DNA of 64,000 nucleotides, from contig JBEWZL010000163.1 of NCBI GenBank assembly GCA_045837725.1, positions 372,001 through 436,000 on the forward strand. The letters are read 5' to 3'. Shown piece by piece: positions 63,510 to 64,000 of the stretch. Below the pieces are notes generated by a model. It saw nothing but the letters and a program-made list of their open reading frames with translations. It made no database searches and was not told the origin of the DNA. How positions within the stretch are numbered: position 1 is the stretch's first letter; each line of letters opens with the position of its first letter. Made by a program: the position numbers and the translations under genes. Source of the DNA: Vermamoeba vermiformis (Eukaryota).

Positions 63510-64000
63510 ATATCCTTCATAAAAATATTTCTTAAATATTATATTGTTAACCGGGCTCAAATCCCCCCGTAAACCGTTTTATAAAACTGTTCAAATTAAA
63601 TTTAAGTTTTGATTTTATGCAATTGTTTAATTTCCGAAGCGATTTAGAACTTTTTAATTTATTTTGTTGAAAGAATTCGATAAATTAAAAATTTTAATAA
63701 TAATTAAACATTTTAATTAATCAATACTGGCGGTGCGATGCATTGCCCTCGCCCGTTAGCAATAGTAATATCACACGTATTTAGGGAAGTATATAATATT
63801 TATTTAACGTTGCAATACAAATATACAGTACGATCAGCGGGACAGCTGTTGTGCACTTGTGAGTGTCAGTAGCGGTGGTAGGTTCACTTACCCAAGGCGC
63901 CGTGTATCGTGTGGTTTTGTGGCTTACTTCGTGATTAAACTTTGAAAAATGAACGGAAAAGATTCTGCGGTGACGTCAAGCTCCTTCCAAATATGGTCAA

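Noticed and set aside
1-64000. CRISPR arrays, rRNA, operons, prokaryotic defence systems
   Set aside because: The sequence is spliceosomal-intron-rich eukaryotic DNA, with no repeat-spacer array or rRNA-like segment seen.

Overview
Gene-dense, AT-rich, intron-rich eukaryotic genomic DNA using the standard code. The gene repertoire suggests an amoebozoan-type protist (inference, not a database result). About 28 multi-exon genes were reconstructed by hand, and CDS coordinates span introns. Recognisable genes: a PA-domain multi-TM receptor-like protein, a PhyH dioxygenase, E(z)/EZH H3K27 methyltransferase head-to-head with TDP1, PH-F-box-LRR, a claudin-like tetraspan, CRAL-TRIO with a His-rich tail, a PH-AhpC/TSA protein, F-box-ankyrin, an NmrA-like reductase, Clu-LRR, an SLC49-like MFS transporter, ataxin-3/UBX, an ENT transporter, a GNAT, TFIIF-alpha, ZSWIM7/SWS1, HSBP1 and the 5' part of HAUS5. 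Most notable: (1) a tandem trio of divergent orphan, transcription-factor-like paralogs (21.9-26.7 kb) with shared protein and upstream motifs; (2) a 55-aa 8-Cys miniprotein gene, missed as a whole by the ORF track, present as two inverted copies with a conserved ACCAGGGC-repeat promoter and a flipped intronic hairpin; (3) three AT-AC U12-type introns (two complete, one donor) plus two GC-AG introns; (4) recurrent TGACA-N-TGTCA palindromes and RGATCY words in introns; (5) two candidate structured non-coding elements. No rRNA, canonical tRNA, CRISPR array or recognisable transposon was found.
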